From a virus (Duplodnaviria > Caudoviricetes): 64,000 bases of DNA. Shown here piece by piece: positions 9,942-20,315 of the stretch. The stretch spans positions 128,001-192,000 of the IMG/VR virus record IMGVR_UViG_3300028888_000047. One strand, written 5' to 3'. The first letter of the stretch is position 1; every line of letters starts with the position of its first letter. Under the pieces are notes generated by a model that made no database searches, was not told where the DNA came from, and saw only the letters and a list, made by a program, of their open reading frames with translations. Position numbers and translations under genes: made by a program.

Positions 9942-11306
9942 TTAGAATTTAATTTCCTTGCTAAAAACATCAGCAAACTCGTTTTTAATATCAATACCAA
10001 GAGTCTTATAATCAACACCCGCTTCGCGGAATTTATCTTTTATAATATCTTCGATAATATTACACTTTTTATCTATTTCGTCTTTTATGCCATTAACATA
10101 TTCATCATATGTATCAATGATATATTTGACTGTTTCATTGTTTACAGCATCTTCATTCTGAACAGAATTCACTTTACCATCAGAACGATTTGTATTGCTA
10201 CTGGTAGAATGTGTATTTGTGTTCGTGTTGGTGTTGGTTGACCAAGTTGAGAAAAGTTTATCACATTCCCTTTCATCCTCATAACCGGATGCAGTAACAT
10301 TATATGATTTGGTAAATTTGAATTGCTCTTTACACCCAATGGTATTGACCAAATCCAAGCCCATACCAAGAGCGTGGTCTACGTGTTCAATAACCAAATA
10401 TTCGTTTATAGAATGGGCGTTATATCCACCATTACCAAAATTCATACACATTACGCCAGTCTTTTCACGAATCTGAATCACATCAGTAAATGGCTCAGAA
10501 TGGAAGCATTTGTCTGTAAAGCCCCACTTAGATGTCACTGGCTTAATATGCTTTTTGTAAAAATCAGCGGTGAATAGTTGTGTGGCGCTACATTTCCAAG
10601 CTGCACGAAGAAGCTCTGGTGAGTCCCAACCAATTACATATGCAACATCGTCAAAGAACTCTTTGTCAAGCTCTTTACTACCCTGCATACCTGTTTCCTC
10701 TTCAACGAAGAATGCAGCCTTACACTTTTCTACGTTCTTTACAATCTGCAAAGAAATGTAAACACCTAACTTATCGTCTGCGCCAATGCCCTGGCCATCA
10801 ATGAAAATCTCATGGCGAACTTCATCGGTTGTGGTTGATTTTACCCTTCTTGTGCGAAGAGGCAATTCTGCTCCTGCTAATGCAAAAGGCTTGGCCTTAT
10901 CTTGGACAGTATCCATATGTGATGTTACGCATGGATAAAATTCTCCCTCTTCAAGCTTACCCTTTGTAAGGTATACGTTTCCTTTCTTATCAAACTTATA
11001 GTCTACTCCATTTCTACGCGCCCATAAGATGATATAAGCAGCCATTCTAAACTCGTAGTTGCTACATGAAGGAACCTGCATCACCTCATATAGTTCTTTC
11101 ACGTCAATGTGCTTATATGGCAGACTTGCAATATATTCACGAGCCTCTGTCTCAGTCATTGGTCTTTTTTCGGTATTCTCCGAAGTTTTTTTATTCTCAG
11201 TGTCTTTTCCAAGAACTTCACCAGTGGCGGTGCTTACTTTTTCACCATTAACTATAGTGGTGTCCTTCTCTTGGCTTTTAGCCTTTTCTTCTTTTGAGTT
11301 ATTCAT
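9942..11306 (-). CDS. M20/M28-family zinc peptidase
   Basis: SHMDTV, GADDKLG, EEETG and C-terminal AH metal ligands. Confidence 0.82.
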   Translation of the reverse strand: MNNSKEEKAKSQEKDTTIVNGEKVSTATGEVLGKDTENKKTSENTEKRPMTETEAREYIASLPYKHIDVKELYEVMQVPSCSNYEFRMAAYIILWARRNGVDYKFDKKGNVYLTKGKLEEGEFYPCVTSHMDTVQDKAKPFALAGAELPLRTRRVKSTTTDEVRHEIFIDGQGIGADDKLGVYISLQIVKNVEKCKAAFFVEEETGMQGSKELDKEFFDDVAYVIGWDSPELLRAAWKCSATQLFTADFYKKHIKPVTSKWGFTDKCFHSEPFTDVIQIREKTGVMCMNFGNGGYNAHSINEYLVIEHVDHALGMGLDLVNTIGCKEQFKFTKSYNVTASGYEDERECDKLFSTWSTNTNTNTNTHSTSSNTNRSDGKVNSVQNEDAVNNETVKYIIDTYDEYVNGIKDEIDKKCNIIEDIIKDKFREAGVDYKTLGIDIKNEFADVFSKEIKF

Positions 11307-11391
11307 TCTATTTATGCTAAATTAATATTTTGCTGCAAACATACAAAAAAATATATGAATAAAAAAATATTTGTTAATTTTTTAACATATT

Positions 11392-11763
11392 TTAATCAAT
11401 TTTTAACTCTCCAATACAATTGGTGTTTTTTTCTCCATTTTTGAATGTGAACCAATTTACTACAAGTTTTGAATACATATCTTTCTTATAAGCCAACATT
11501 TCTAACAAAGTGATTGCTATATTATCACTATTTATCCCATTAAGGATTTCGCAAACAACATCTTCTTTATTATATAACACAAATTCTAAAGAAGCCTTCT
11601 CAGGATTTTTTACCCTATTCAACCAAGTTTCTGTTATAGAAATACAATTTACTGCGATTTCTGTTATTTGCTGTTTTGAATAAACGCATTCATCTTCGTT
11701 ATGCTTACCATCCCAAATTTTGAGTATGTTTTCTAATTTATTTTTCATTCTAAAATTACGCAT
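11392..11763 (-). CDS. Hypothetical protein
   Basis: ORF overlapping its neighbours. Confidence 0.6.
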   Translation of the reverse strand: MRNFRMKNKLENILKIWDGKHNEDECVYSKQQITEIAVNCISITETWLNRVKNPEKASLEFVLYNKEDVVCEILNGINSDNIAITLLEMLAYKKDMYSKLVVNWFTFKNGEKNTNCIGELKID

Positions 11764-11984
11764 TTTGCTAATGGTAGTCCTTTTGGCGCCGGGGCAATTT
11801 GAATTCTTAATTCTCCTCGCTTACCAACTATTACCTTCTTGACCACATCGGTTTCTTTTGTTACAATATCTACTCCTATTTTATACCCCAATTTCTGTAT
11901 AACATCAATCCTTGCATCTATATCATGCACGTGGTCTATAAAATATTCTATGTCATTGAAATCACGGGTATAGTCTTTTTTCAT
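11745..11984 (-). CDS. Hypothetical protein
   Basis: Translationally coupled ORF. Confidence 0.6.
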   Translation of the reverse strand: MKKDYTRDFNDIEYFIDHVHDIDARIDVIQKLGYKIGVDIVTKETDVVKKVIVGKRGELRIQIAPAPKGLPLAKCVILE

Positions 11985-12322
11985 ATTAAAACATAATTAA
12001 GTAGTGCCTTTTTATCTGCTCCTGATAATTTATACCATTTGCTAGAAAATTTTGTCAACCCAAATTCACGCATAATAGACGTTTTTGAGGCGTTAGACAA
12101 AGAATCATAGATTCTTATAAGTTCACCTTTTATTATAACATTTTGTTGGCACTTTGAAAGGTGTTCAAAATCGTTTAACCAATCATTTTCTTTAAGATTA
12201 AACTTTTTGAAAAAGTGCTTGTATTTTAAAGATATTTTACCCCTATTTTCAACATCCTTACTATTCCATTTATTTTTGGCACTCTCTATAATGTTTTTTT
12301 TATCTATAGTAATTTCGTTCAT
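11981..12322 (-). CDS. Hypothetical protein
   Basis: Translationally coupled ORF. Confidence 0.6.
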   Translation of the reverse strand: MNEITIDKKNIIESAKNKWNSKDVENRGKISLKYKHFFKKFNLKENDWLNDFEHLSKCQQNVIIKGELIRIYDSLSNASKTSIMREFGLTKFSSKWYKLSGADKKALLNYVLI

Positions 12323-13067
12323 TATTGGGGCGTGCGCTTACTGTTACACAACGATTTAAATTGTTTGTACTATATGGTTGATTAATACTGCCGTGGCACT
12401 TAACGAATATTCGATTTCTACTAATACCTTCTCTTAGTAATACGTTGATGATTGTATTAGCCCTTGCTTTTGAAATTCTTAAATTAGACTCGTAATCACC
12501 AGTGCCGGCGTCAGCATAAGCATCAATATACAATGATGAACACATATTATTTGCGGCAAAGTCTATTAAATGATAAAGTTCTTCTTTGTTTGTTAGAAAG
12601 CTGGAATTGAATTGAAAATAGAAAAACCATTTTTTACCATTTTCCTCTGATAAACGCGAATATTGGCTTTCTTCATATGTTTCTATCGGTTCATAAGAAT
12701 CGCACCTATTAGGAATTACAACAGCGTTTCTCCTAACATTAGTTCTACATCTTGGTGCATATCTCGCATAGCCTATTTGCCTACCATATGCGTCATAATG
12801 CCTTTCTTCAGTTTGGCCATTAACGTGGTACACGTTTGTTATCTTTTTGTGGATAACAAGTTTATTTGATACCCCATCGTAAACTTCCTCCACTTCATCA
12901 AAATCATTGATGCAATCGGTACTATTATACGTACCATCCATGTAAATTGTTTGTTGCGCTCTCTGAGCATTAGCTACGCAGCAAAAAGAAAGCGCAGCGA
13001 TAAAAAATAAATTTCTCATATAAGTAATAATGTATTGATTGTAAATCACTTTTGGACAAAGATACAA
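12300..13067 (-). CDS. Secreted OmpA C-terminal (peptidoglycan-binding) domain protein; true start probably MRNLFF (~13019)
   Basis: Signal peptide; FQFNSS..., AYADAGTG..NLRISKARA..., NRCV. Confidence 0.8.
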   Translation of the reverse strand: MYLCPKVIYNQYIITYMRNLFFIAALSFCCVANAQRAQQTIYMDGTYNSTDCINDFDEVEEVYDGVSNKLVIHKKITNVYHVNGQTEERHYDAYGRQIGYARYAPRCRTNVRRNAVVIPNRCDSYEPIETYEESQYSRLSEENGKKWFFYFQFNSSFLTNKEELYHLIDFAANNMCSSLYIDAYADAGTGDYESNLRISKARANTIINVLLREGISRNRIFVKCHGSINQPYSTNNLNRCVTVSARPNNERNYYR

Positions 13068-13112
13068 AAAAAACGTGGAATAAACAAATATTCCACGTTA
13101 AATAATGTTAAA
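13056..13112 (-). promoter_or_regulatory. Fused terminator/promoter cassette
   Basis: ACGTGGAATA-TTTGTT-TATTCCACGT hairpin, T-tract, then TATCTTTG. Confidence 0.75.
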
Positions 13113-13174
13113 AAACTAAATCTCTTTAAAACAAAAATGATAGGCTATTGCCTACCATTCATTTTTTACTATGG

Positions 13175-13351
13175 TTACTTAATAGTAATCACAGAATCTG
13201 TGACAGTAGAATCAACAACCTCAACGGTGTCAATTGTGTCAACGGTGTCAGTTGCTGTTGAATCAGCAGCGGCTGTACCAGTGGTGTTGCCACCGCATGC
13301 AGCAAAAGAAAGTGCGACAAATGTCACAAACATGAATACTAATTTTTTCAT
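13175..13351 (-). CDS. 58-aa lipoprotein with multiple Bacteroidetes O-glycosylation sequons
   Basis: MKKLVFMFVTFVALSFAAC lipobox, then DST/DTV/DTI/DTV/DST/DSV; below the ORF-track length cutoff. Confidence 0.75.
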   Translation of the reverse strand: MKKLVFMFVTFVALSFAACGGNTTGTAAADSTATDTVDTIDTVEVVDSTVTDSVITIK

Positions 13352-13479
13352 TTTTTTTCTTAATTTTAATTAAACAATTTATTATTATTTATTGCTTTAA
13401 ATCTATGCAAATATACAAATAAATATTGTAAAACAAAAATAAATATTGTATTTTTTACTATTTTTGGTATGTTTTTGAC

Positions 13480-14046
13480 CTAAATCAATTGCATTTCCCT
13501 TGCAATCTCAATTATTCGTGTTTTATGATTAAACGCCCATTGGTATTTATCAATCTCGTTTACAGGAACCCAAGCAATATGACCCACTTCGTTTTTCTCA
13601 TTGTGCTTTTTGGAAAAATTTGATAGATTTTCAATCGTGTTATTTGGGTCATATGCTCCAAACCTAAAAGTCACATTCTGATGGTTAGCTGTAATCGGGT
13701 CATCTTCATAAGAAATAAATTTTACTATTTCCTCTGATACACCAACACCTGTTTCTTCTTCAAGTTCGCGTATTGCACATTGTTTAGTTGTTTCATTGAA
13801 ATCAAGATAACCACATGGGCAATTCCAATACCCTTGGAAATCAGCAGCGCCGGTACCGCGTTCAGAAGCTAACACATAAAGTCTACCATTCTTATCCTTA
13901 CAGAAAAAAAACATTGCTGTTGCCATAGAACGACTAAACCAACCTAAAAAACGCCCATGTGTGTCAAAGCACGGTTGGTTAATGGTAGAAAAATTTTGTT
14001 TGTTACTTTTAAATAAAAATTTTTTTAATACTTTCAAAAATTTCAT
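13480..14046 (-). CDS. Nudix hydrolase
   Basis: Nudix box GYLDFNETTKQCAIRELEEETG. Confidence 0.9.
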   Translation of the reverse strand: MKFLKVLKKFLFKSNKQNFSTINQPCFDTHGRFLGWFSRSMATAMFFFCKDKNGRLYVLASERGTGAADFQGYWNCPCGYLDFNETTKQCAIRELEEETGVGVSEEIVKFISYEDDPITANHQNVTFRFGAYDPNNTIENLSNFSKKHNEKNEVGHIAWVPVNEIDKYQWAFNHKTRIIEIAREMQLI

Positions 14047-14326
14047 AATTTTTTTTCTTATTAAAACTTACAAAAAACTTATAATATTTGTCGTATTCAT
14101 GAGACCAAAAATTAGAACCCATTTTTGAATCAGCCCACGCTATCAAATCCATAATAGCTTCAGTTGGGAGCGTATATTTACTTATATATTCATTTATGCT
14201 ATAAATTATTCCCTGATAAGTCCTTCTAAATGGAAAATTTTTAGCTTCTTCTAAAAAATGATTATATAATCCTCTTTCTTTTAAGTAACGCTTAAACAGT
14301 TTGTATTCTTCATCCGTCATAAACAA
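14009..14326 (-). CDS. 'KRFLKE' paralog family protein
   Basis: FKRYLKERGLY...AWADSKMGSNFW. Confidence 0.7.
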   Translation of the reverse strand: MFMTDEEYKLFKRYLKERGLYNHFLEEAKNFPFRRTYQGIIYSINEYISKYTLPTEAIMDLIAWADSKMGSNFWSHEYDKYYKFFVSFNKKKNYEIFESIKKIFI

Positions 14327-15077
14327 ATAATTTTTCTATTTTTGCTTTTTGTTTGCAACCGCATTTAGTTGTACCCATTCCATCTTTTTTCTCCATACTC
14401 CAAATACATTTGAAATCATCAGGAGCCTCATATTCTGAAACAAATATTTTATAGCCTAATTTTGCATATTTTCTTATAAAATCCCAGAATTCATCATGGT
14501 CAAATCCTTTATCCTTATAGCCTTTCGTTCCTCTATATGGTGGGTCACAGTAAAACACTACGTTTTTATTTTCACCTAAAGATGTTTCGACATGAAACGC
14601 ATCTTTATAATCCCCAGTTGTAAAGTATGTGTTATGAAGATGTTTAAAGTTCCTAACTTGATTTATAAAGTTATTGAATGCTTCCAATATGTGATTTTCA
14701 CCACGCTTTTCGTTAACTTTAGCATAACCATTAAACCAAGCGGAACCATATGAGCAAGCATTACCTACATAGCCTATCATATATTTTGGGTAAGTGATAG
14801 AGCAACTACCCATTTTGGCAAGTTCTTTCATTTCGTTATATTGGCTTTCTGTGACTTCCTTTGGTATATTAAAAGCTAACCCAAGCCTAATTGCTGCCCA
14901 AAGGCTAATTACATAGCTATTATTATCATAACCTATTTTAATAGGCCAGTCAACCTTGTCGATTACATTACAACCGCCTACAAATGGTTCAACGTATTTA
15001 AAACCCGGTTTTAATTCCTTCATTATAAAAGGAATAATATATTTTGCTATTTTAGCTTTACTACCGCTATATCTCAT
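14310..15077 (-). CDS. Dam-like DNA adenine methyltransferase (likely start MRYSGSK)
   Basis: YSGSK, EPFVGG, DPPY. Confidence 0.88.
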   Translation of the reverse strand: MRYSGSKAKIAKYIIPFIMKELKPGFKYVEPFVGGCNVIDKVDWPIKIGYDNNSYVISLWAAIRLGLAFNIPKEVTESQYNEMKELAKMGSCSITYPKYMIGYVGNACSYGSAWFNGYAKVNEKRGENHILEAFNNFINQVRNFKHLHNTYFTTGDYKDAFHVETSLGENKNVVFYCDPPYRGTKGYKDKGFDHDEFWDFIRKYAKLGYKIFVSEYEAPDDFKCIWSMEKKDGMGTTKCGCKQKAKIEKLFVYDG

Positions 15078-15387
15078 TTGTGTACATGTATATATTCCAT
15101 TCCTTATGAATATCCGCCCAATTAACATCATCAGAATTATATTCATGCCAAACAAAGCAACTTGTCGTCCAATTTCCAGGAAGACTTTCATTAAAGAAAT
15201 ATGCTAAATTACCATTATAATTGCGTTGATATTCACCACGCGGATTAGTTCTCATAATTCTAAAATACTCACTATACAACCCTTTTTCTTTTAGAAAACG
15301 GATGAATTTTTTAAATAATATAGCCTTGTAACGACTGATTATCTTGTTTAATAATGTACTTTCCATATTATATACAATCATCAGCAA
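15067..15387 (-). CDS. 'KRFLKE' paralog family protein
   Basis: FIRFLKEKGLY...FVW...NW. Confidence 0.65.
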   Translation of the reverse strand: MLMIVYNMESTLLNKIISRYKAILFKKFIRFLKEKGLYSEYFRIMRTNPRGEYQRNYNGNLAYFFNESLPGNWTTSCFVWHEYNSDDVNWADIHKEWNIYMYTNEI

Positions 15388-15435
15388 AGATACAAAAAAA
15401 ACACGAAATAAACAAATATTCCGTGTTAAAGTTTG

Positions 15436-16209
15436 TTAAATTGTTATTGTTTCGCTTTCACTATTTTTTGTAAGGTCAACGGTAGGTAAAAGTTTTCCAT
15501 CATTACTACATAGTTCATTTAACGAAAATAAAAAACGATTTTTGTCATCATTATGCACCCATTTCATATCAGTATCGTAATGCGTGTTGTAAATTAAATA
15601 ACAATGAGGAACGCCGTATTTTTTGAATGCTTTTTCTTCCATTCTAAAAAACTTTCTCCTCGTAGCCAATGCCCAATTTGCATTATTTCTAAAAGAAGAT
15701 ATTGGCTTAATTTGTAACGTAAACCTCAATTGATTATCTTTGCTTGCAAACAAATCTATGTTTAATTTAGAATCCTCTTTGTGTTCAGAATGTTTTATTT
15801 CATAGCCAAGGCTTTCAGCAATCTCTCTAATTTCATTTTCACGTTTTCTACCATCCCATGTTTGATATATTGCATGCATCAGAATATCTTTAAAATATGT
15901 CAAAGCTGGAATATCTTTATCACATTTTGATTGATATTCCAAAGTTAAATCGTATAACTCATCTACGCTTCTTCCTCTTTCTGATGGCTTTGCTTTGTCA
16001 TCATATAAGGTATAATCAATCCATTTGTTGTAAAAATCTTCCTCATTTACCGGATGAAACTTATCAAGAATATAATTCATTGAGCCAATTCTATCTTCAT
16101 GGATGATTGACATACACTCATAATTAAAACCTTTTAATTCATTTTTTGCTATTACGCATTCTGCTTTTGGATAAAATTTAATTTCAGCTATTGAAAATGG
16201 CTTACTCAT
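15436..16209 (-). CDS. MjaI-like PD-(D/E)XK restriction-type endonuclease
   Basis: YQTWDG...E...D...IDL...LQIKP pattern recalled for MjaI-family nucleases; coupled to an upstream MTase. Confidence 0.55.
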   Translation of the reverse strand: MSKPFSIAEIKFYPKAECVIAKNELKGFNYECMSIIHEDRIGSMNYILDKFHPVNEEDFYNKWIDYTLYDDKAKPSERGRSVDELYDLTLEYQSKCDKDIPALTYFKDILMHAIYQTWDGRKRENEIREIAESLGYEIKHSEHKEDSKLNIDLFASKDNQLRFTLQIKPISSFRNNANWALATRRKFFRMEEKAFKKYGVPHCYLIYNTHYDTDMKWVHNDDKNRFLFSLNELCSNDGKLLPTVDLTKNSESETITI

Positions 16210-17056
16210 TATAATCTATATTTACGATTGGAGCTTTTATAACAGTCTCCTTATTTTTATTTGACATCCAATTTTTCTTTAATCCATCTATGAAATTATT
16301 AAGTTGTTCTTCAGTCATGAAATCGAAATAATGGATGTTTTTTTTTGGGTTTTTTTTCAATACATAAAAGCAACTATCATATTTTCTTGCGTGTTGTTGC
16401 TTTTTAACCTTTCCAGATATTAATCTTTGTTTAGAAACCAACGTAAATTTATCAAGAACCTCAAATCCCAATGAAGATGCACACAGCCAAACCCATGAAG
16501 TGCTATTAAGTTCCTTTCCGCCTGTCGTAGTGTTTTGACATTTAAATACAATCAGACCATCTTCTTTTAAAACTCTATGTGCTTGTTGTAAATGGTGGTA
16601 ATAACTGCTCAACAACTCAGCCACTGGATAATAAGAACTAAATCTCTTACCAATTATATTGCTATCTTTTCTTCCGTTCGACATAGATGCACAATCGCGA
16701 GGTCCGATTACAAAAGGCGGGTCAAAATTAATATACCTAACGCTTTCGTCTTCCAATGGCCAATTACCCCAGGGGTCTAATTTTTCTACACCTTCTACTT
16801 GTGGGTCTACATCAAATTTATATTTTGGCTGTGGTATCTCAAATTCTTCTTCCCTTTCTACCAATCTACCGTCTTCAGTTTTTTCCTGTATTGTACGCTT
16901 AAATTTACCATAAAAATTTCCAATGCTATATGTTGCATCAACATCAAATGGCTCACCTTTCATGTGTAAATCCATAATATCTCTTAATATTGCGTGCTGA
17001 TTATAATTAACGCTTTTAATAACATTTGTTGAGTCTGCCATAGTATTAATTTTCAA
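16202..17056 (-). CDS. DNA (adenine) methyltransferase-like protein
   Basis: DATYSIGNF SAM-binding variant; FDPPF. Confidence 0.75.
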   Translation of the reverse strand: MKINTMADSTNVIKSVNYNQHAILRDIMDLHMKGEPFDVDATYSIGNFYGKFKRTIQEKTEDGRLVEREEEFEIPQPKYKFDVDPQVEGVEKLDPWGNWPLEDESVRYINFDPPFVIGPRDCASMSNGRKDSNIIGKRFSSYYPVAELLSSYYHHLQQAHRVLKEDGLIVFKCQNTTTGGKELNSTSWVWLCASSLGFEVLDKFTLVSKQRLISGKVKKQQHARKYDSCFYVLKKNPKKNIHYFDFMTEEQLNNFIDGLKKNWMSNKNKETVIKAPIVNIDYNE

Positions 17057-17498
17057 TTTTATTTTTTAATACCTTAGAAACAATCTTACCACTAGCTGTT
17101 GGATATTTCTCTTGAACCATTGAAAGAATTGCTTTCATGTCTCTCATTGAAATCTGATAATCAGAATCATTCTGTTCAATATAATGAGCAATTGAATCTT
17201 CTGTATATTTTTCAATTTCTTCTTCCGTAGGCTGCTCAGGTATGTATTGTTTGATTACATCTATTTCTTTCTGTTCTGCTTCAGCAAGGTCATTTCTACC
17301 TCCTTTTATATACTGAGCAATTGATTCTTTCCTTTGGTCAATCATTTTAAGCAATACGTTTACTTCTTTCGCTTCATCAAGCGTAACGCCAGACTTTTCA
17401 ACCTTCACTAATTCAGTCTTTATCAATTTAAGGGTTTCTAACTTTTCTTTTTCCCTATTTTTCATTGCCTCTGCAATGCACTTGTTAATTTCTATCAT
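17046..17498 (-). CDS. GatB/YqeY domain protein
   Basis: AMK.REK.KL..L..IK, QRKESI.QY..GGR.DLAEAE..EI.VI..Y.P. Confidence 0.9.
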   Translation of the reverse strand: MIEINKCIAEAMKNREKEKLETLKLIKTELVKVEKSGVTLDEAKEVNVLLKMIDQRKESIAQYIKGGRNDLAEAEQKEIDVIKQYIPEQPTEEEIEKYTEDSIAHYIEQNDSDYQISMRDMKAILSMVQEKYPTASGKIVSKVLKNKIEN

Positions 17499-17674
17499 AA
17501 CTTTAATATTTTTTTAGTTTTTTAACAAATATACAAAAAAAAATTAAAAAACAAAAAAAAACGATTACCTTTTTTAAAAGATAATCGTTTGAAATTATAT
17601 CGAGTTGCACTTACTGGAGGCACAACTTTTAAAACTCTGTTTTAATTTAATGCACTTTACTCACTATTTACTTC

Positions 17675-17779
17675 TTAGTACTTATATTGATACTTATAAT
17701 ATGTATCACTATAAACTTTGCTATAACTATTAAAATAAGCTTTAGCTGCTTTTACAATAAAATTTTTAATCTTACTCAT
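17675..17779 (-). CDS. 34-aa Tyr-rich small protein
   Basis: MSKIKNFIVKAAKAYFNSYSKVYSDTYYKYQYKY. Confidence 0.45.
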   Translation of the reverse strand: MSKIKNFIVKAAKAYFNSYSKVYSDTYYKYQYKY

Positions 17780-17800
17780 TACTATAAACTTTTAATTAAC

Positions 17801-18175
17801 TTACTTTTCTATTCTACGATTATTAATTGTTACGTTTAAAACCTTAACATACTTTTTATACTGTTCTTTATTGAGAATATATCTCATGTTCTTCAAGTCA
17901 AAAGAAATTGCATTGTTAACTACACTTTTACGGCTTTCTTTATCCATAACAGCAGCGCTTCTTAAAGACTCAAAGAAAACAGTGTGTATGTTTTCTACAG
18001 ATTCTATTTGGTCCTTAGAAAGTTCCAAATACCTTGCCAAGCTGTTGATATTAACATTAATATCATATGCCTCAACTCGATTAATCTCATTGCTATTGTT
18101 GTCCTCAGCCATCACTGTTAGACTTGTAGCTAGCAATAAAGCTACTGATAAAATTACTTTCTTCATTTTTTGCAC
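17801..18175 (-). CDS. Secreted Bacteroidetes-type helical protein
   Basis: Signal peptide MKKVILSVALLLATSLTVMA; LARYLELSKDQ...LNKEQYKKY. Confidence 0.7.
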   Translation of the reverse strand: MQKMKKVILSVALLLATSLTVMAEDNNSNEINRVEAYDINVNINSLARYLELSKDQIESVENIHTVFFESLRSAAVMDKESRKSVVNNAISFDLKNMRYILNKEQYKKYVKVLNVTINNRRIEK

Positions 18176-18336
18176 TTTTAAATCACTAATTATTTTACTT
18201 ACTTCATTTAATATATATTACTTTTTTTTACATAATATATTATTTTAAATACTATTTTATCTATTTGCTATAATTTTTTGATTTACATCAAATTAACGTG
18301 TGCGCACACAATTTTTTTCTTTAAAAAAACCAAGTT

Positions 18337-18873
18337 TTAATCACTTGGTAATCCTTCTAATATAAGTTTTTTTCTTTTTTCGTCCGGCGTCCCAACATTT
18401 TTTTCAAAGGCGTTAAAAAAATATTCAACGAACTCTTTTTTATTTGTTCTTGCTACAACCTTTTTCCAATTTTCGAACCAAGGATATTGTTGTTGTCGTG
18501 CTAATTTTAAATTATACCTTTGTAATGTATCAGTCATTACTAATATGTAATCTTTTGCGTTCAAAAGACCATTATCAATTAATGATTTTAATATATTAAA
18601 TTGGAGTTTTAGAAATTTTATTTCATATTCTACCCCCATTCCTGAATAATTTCCTCCATCAAATCCATAAAATACATAACTGTTGTTTTCTTTTATGAAA
18701 TTAATAATATTAATATAATATTTGCTAGGAAAAATACCTGCTTCTTTACAATATCTTGTAACTATTTTAATATCGTATGTCATTGTTTCACGCTGCAAAG
18801 ATACAAAAAAATAATGTAATAAACAAAATAATACGGAAAATAGTGCGTTTTTTATGCTTATTCTTGATTTCAA
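18337..18873 (-). CDS. Hypothetical protein (likely start MTYDIK ~18783)
   Basis: Promoter at ~18794 lies inside the extended ORF. Confidence 0.6.
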   Translation of the reverse strand: MKSRISIKNALFSVLFCLLHYFFVSLQRETMTYDIKIVTRYCKEAGIFPSKYYINIINFIKENNSYVFYGFDGGNYSGMGVEYEIKFLKLQFNILKSLIDNGLLNAKDYILVMTDTLQRYNLKLARQQQYPWFENWKKVVARTNKKEFVEYFFNAFEKNVGTPDEKRKKLILEGLPSD

Positions 18874-19317
18874 TCAAGCATATGCTGTCGCTGTGGTGGT
18901 TATTGAAGATAAAAATGGCTTAATCTCAGTTTCTTCCTTTGGAGAAAGCTTATCATATAATTCTTTTGCGTTTTTATATGCTTCTATTTTCATCAATTCT
19001 TCTTCTTTAGAATTCTCCAAACAATAAAACAGAATTAGTTCATTTAATCCATCTTTTATTGTGTCTGTTGTTATACAATATTGTTCTTTGTCTTCAGCAT
19101 CTACATTATCAAGATTTTCATATAAATACATCACCCATTCTATGGATTTTGAATACCAATAATTATGACCTTCATTGGTTGTATCCCATCTGAATGAATT
19201 AAAAGGCATCATAGCCTCTTCATAATCAATAGAAAATTCTAATGTGTCTTTTGAAACTTTAGAACCATATATACTGTTTTCTTTCAAAAACCTTTTAAGC
19301 AACTTTTCAATCTTCAT
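18874..19317 (-). CDS. 'KRFLKE' paralog family protein
   Basis: LKRFLKENSIY...FRWDTTNEGHNYW. Confidence 0.7.
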   Translation of the reverse strand: MKIEKLLKRFLKENSIYGSKVSKDTLEFSIDYEEAMMPFNSFRWDTTNEGHNYWYSKSIEWVMYLYENLDNVDAEDKEQYCITTDTIKDGLNELILFYCLENSKEEELMKIEAYKNAKELYDKLSPKEETEIKPFLSSITTTATAYA

Positions 19318-19445
19318 AGTTAAAACATTTTATATTACTATACAAATATACAAAAAAATGTTAAAACAAAGAAATATTAAATGTTAATATTTGTTAAAAC
19401 AAAAAGCAGCATGCTGTTATTAGCACACTGCTGATTTTTTCATAA

Positions 19446-19540
19446 TTAGGGAACATATACGCCTGATTCGAACAGGATAAATCAATTTACAGTTGATTGA
19501 GTAAACCATTCCTCTACTTAAACTTGCTGTGAGTTCCCTT
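19446..19540 (-). ncRNA. ACAGCAA-stem (Y-RNA-like) RNA #1 carrying an acceptor-less tRNA-Tyr mimic
   Basis: AAGGGAAC-TCACAGCAA...GTTCCCTA enclosing a D-arm, ATCAA-CTGTAAA-TTGAT and CCTG-TTCGAAT-CAGG. Confidence 0.8.
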
Positions 19541-19543
19541 GCG

Positions 19544-19632
19544 TTGTGATGGCTGGATTTGAACCAGCGACAGGATTTCACATCCAAACTTCCTTATGAG
19601 AGAAGCGCAATAGACCACTCTGCCACATCACA
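19544..19632 (-). tRNA. tRNA with CAU anticodon and long variable arm
   Basis: TGTGATG/CATCACA acceptor, CTTCT-CTCATAA-GGAAG, V-arm GGAT-GTGAA-ATCC; 5' end overlaps the coaD stop codon. Confidence 0.85.
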
Positions 19633-20101
19633 TTAATTCATTTGCTTTTAATCTTGCATTTTCTCTTTGCTCTCCAGTAACACTTAATAATGACCTCACC
19701 AAAGTGCTACTAATATGAGAATATTCTTTATCGCAAGGAATAAGCACGGTTTGAAGCCCACCAAGCCATTTGTTTGCGTCTGCTTGGGATAATTCATAAT
19801 CCGCATCTGTAGCGTTTCTGATGCCCTTTACAATGTATTTTGCACCACATTTTCTTGCCACATCAGCCACCAATGTATTAGGCGTTGTACAAACGTGTAT
19901 TCTGCCTTGCATTTCAAGTTCATGATACTTGGATTCCAATGTTGCACCAATAGCACGAACTTCAAACATCCTTTTTTTATTTGGGTTAGGTGCAACAAAT
20001 ATCACTACTTCATCAAATAAGTCTAATGCTTTTTCTACAACATGAGCGTGACCTTTTGTAAATGGGTCAAAACTACCCGGAAATATTGCTACTTTTTTCA
20101 T
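19628..20101 (-). CDS. coaD: Phosphopantetheine adenylyltransferase
   Basis: FPGSFDPFTKGH, KGIRNATDADYE, ISSTLVR. Confidence 0.92.
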   Translation of the reverse strand: MKKVAIFPGSFDPFTKGHAHVVEKALDLFDEVVIFVAPNPNKKRMFEVRAIGATLESKYHELEMQGRIHVCTTPNTLVADVARKCGAKYIVKGIRNATDADYELSQADANKWLGGLQTVLIPCDKEYSHISSTLVRSLLSVTGEQRENARLKANELM

Positions 20102-20102
20102 A

Positions 20103-20315
20103 CTATTTCTTCAAAAAATTATATACAACAGCAAAAGGCCAAAAAATCATCAAAAATAAAATCAACATACGAGCCATACCTTCTTCAACACCTTCTTCTG
20201 ATGCTTTGGCTTCTTCGTATTTCTTTGAATAATTTTTCTTCCATAGCCACGTTGCTACAATAACGCCAATAATGAAATAAATCATTATAACTACTGATAT
20301 TACGCTAAAACTCAT
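20103..20315 (-). CDS. Small two-TM membrane protein
   Basis: Two hydrophobic segments. Confidence 0.65.
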   Translation of the reverse strand: MSFSVISVVIMIYFIIGVIVATWLWKKNYSKKYEEAKASEEGVEEGMARMLILFLMIFWPFAVVYNFLKK

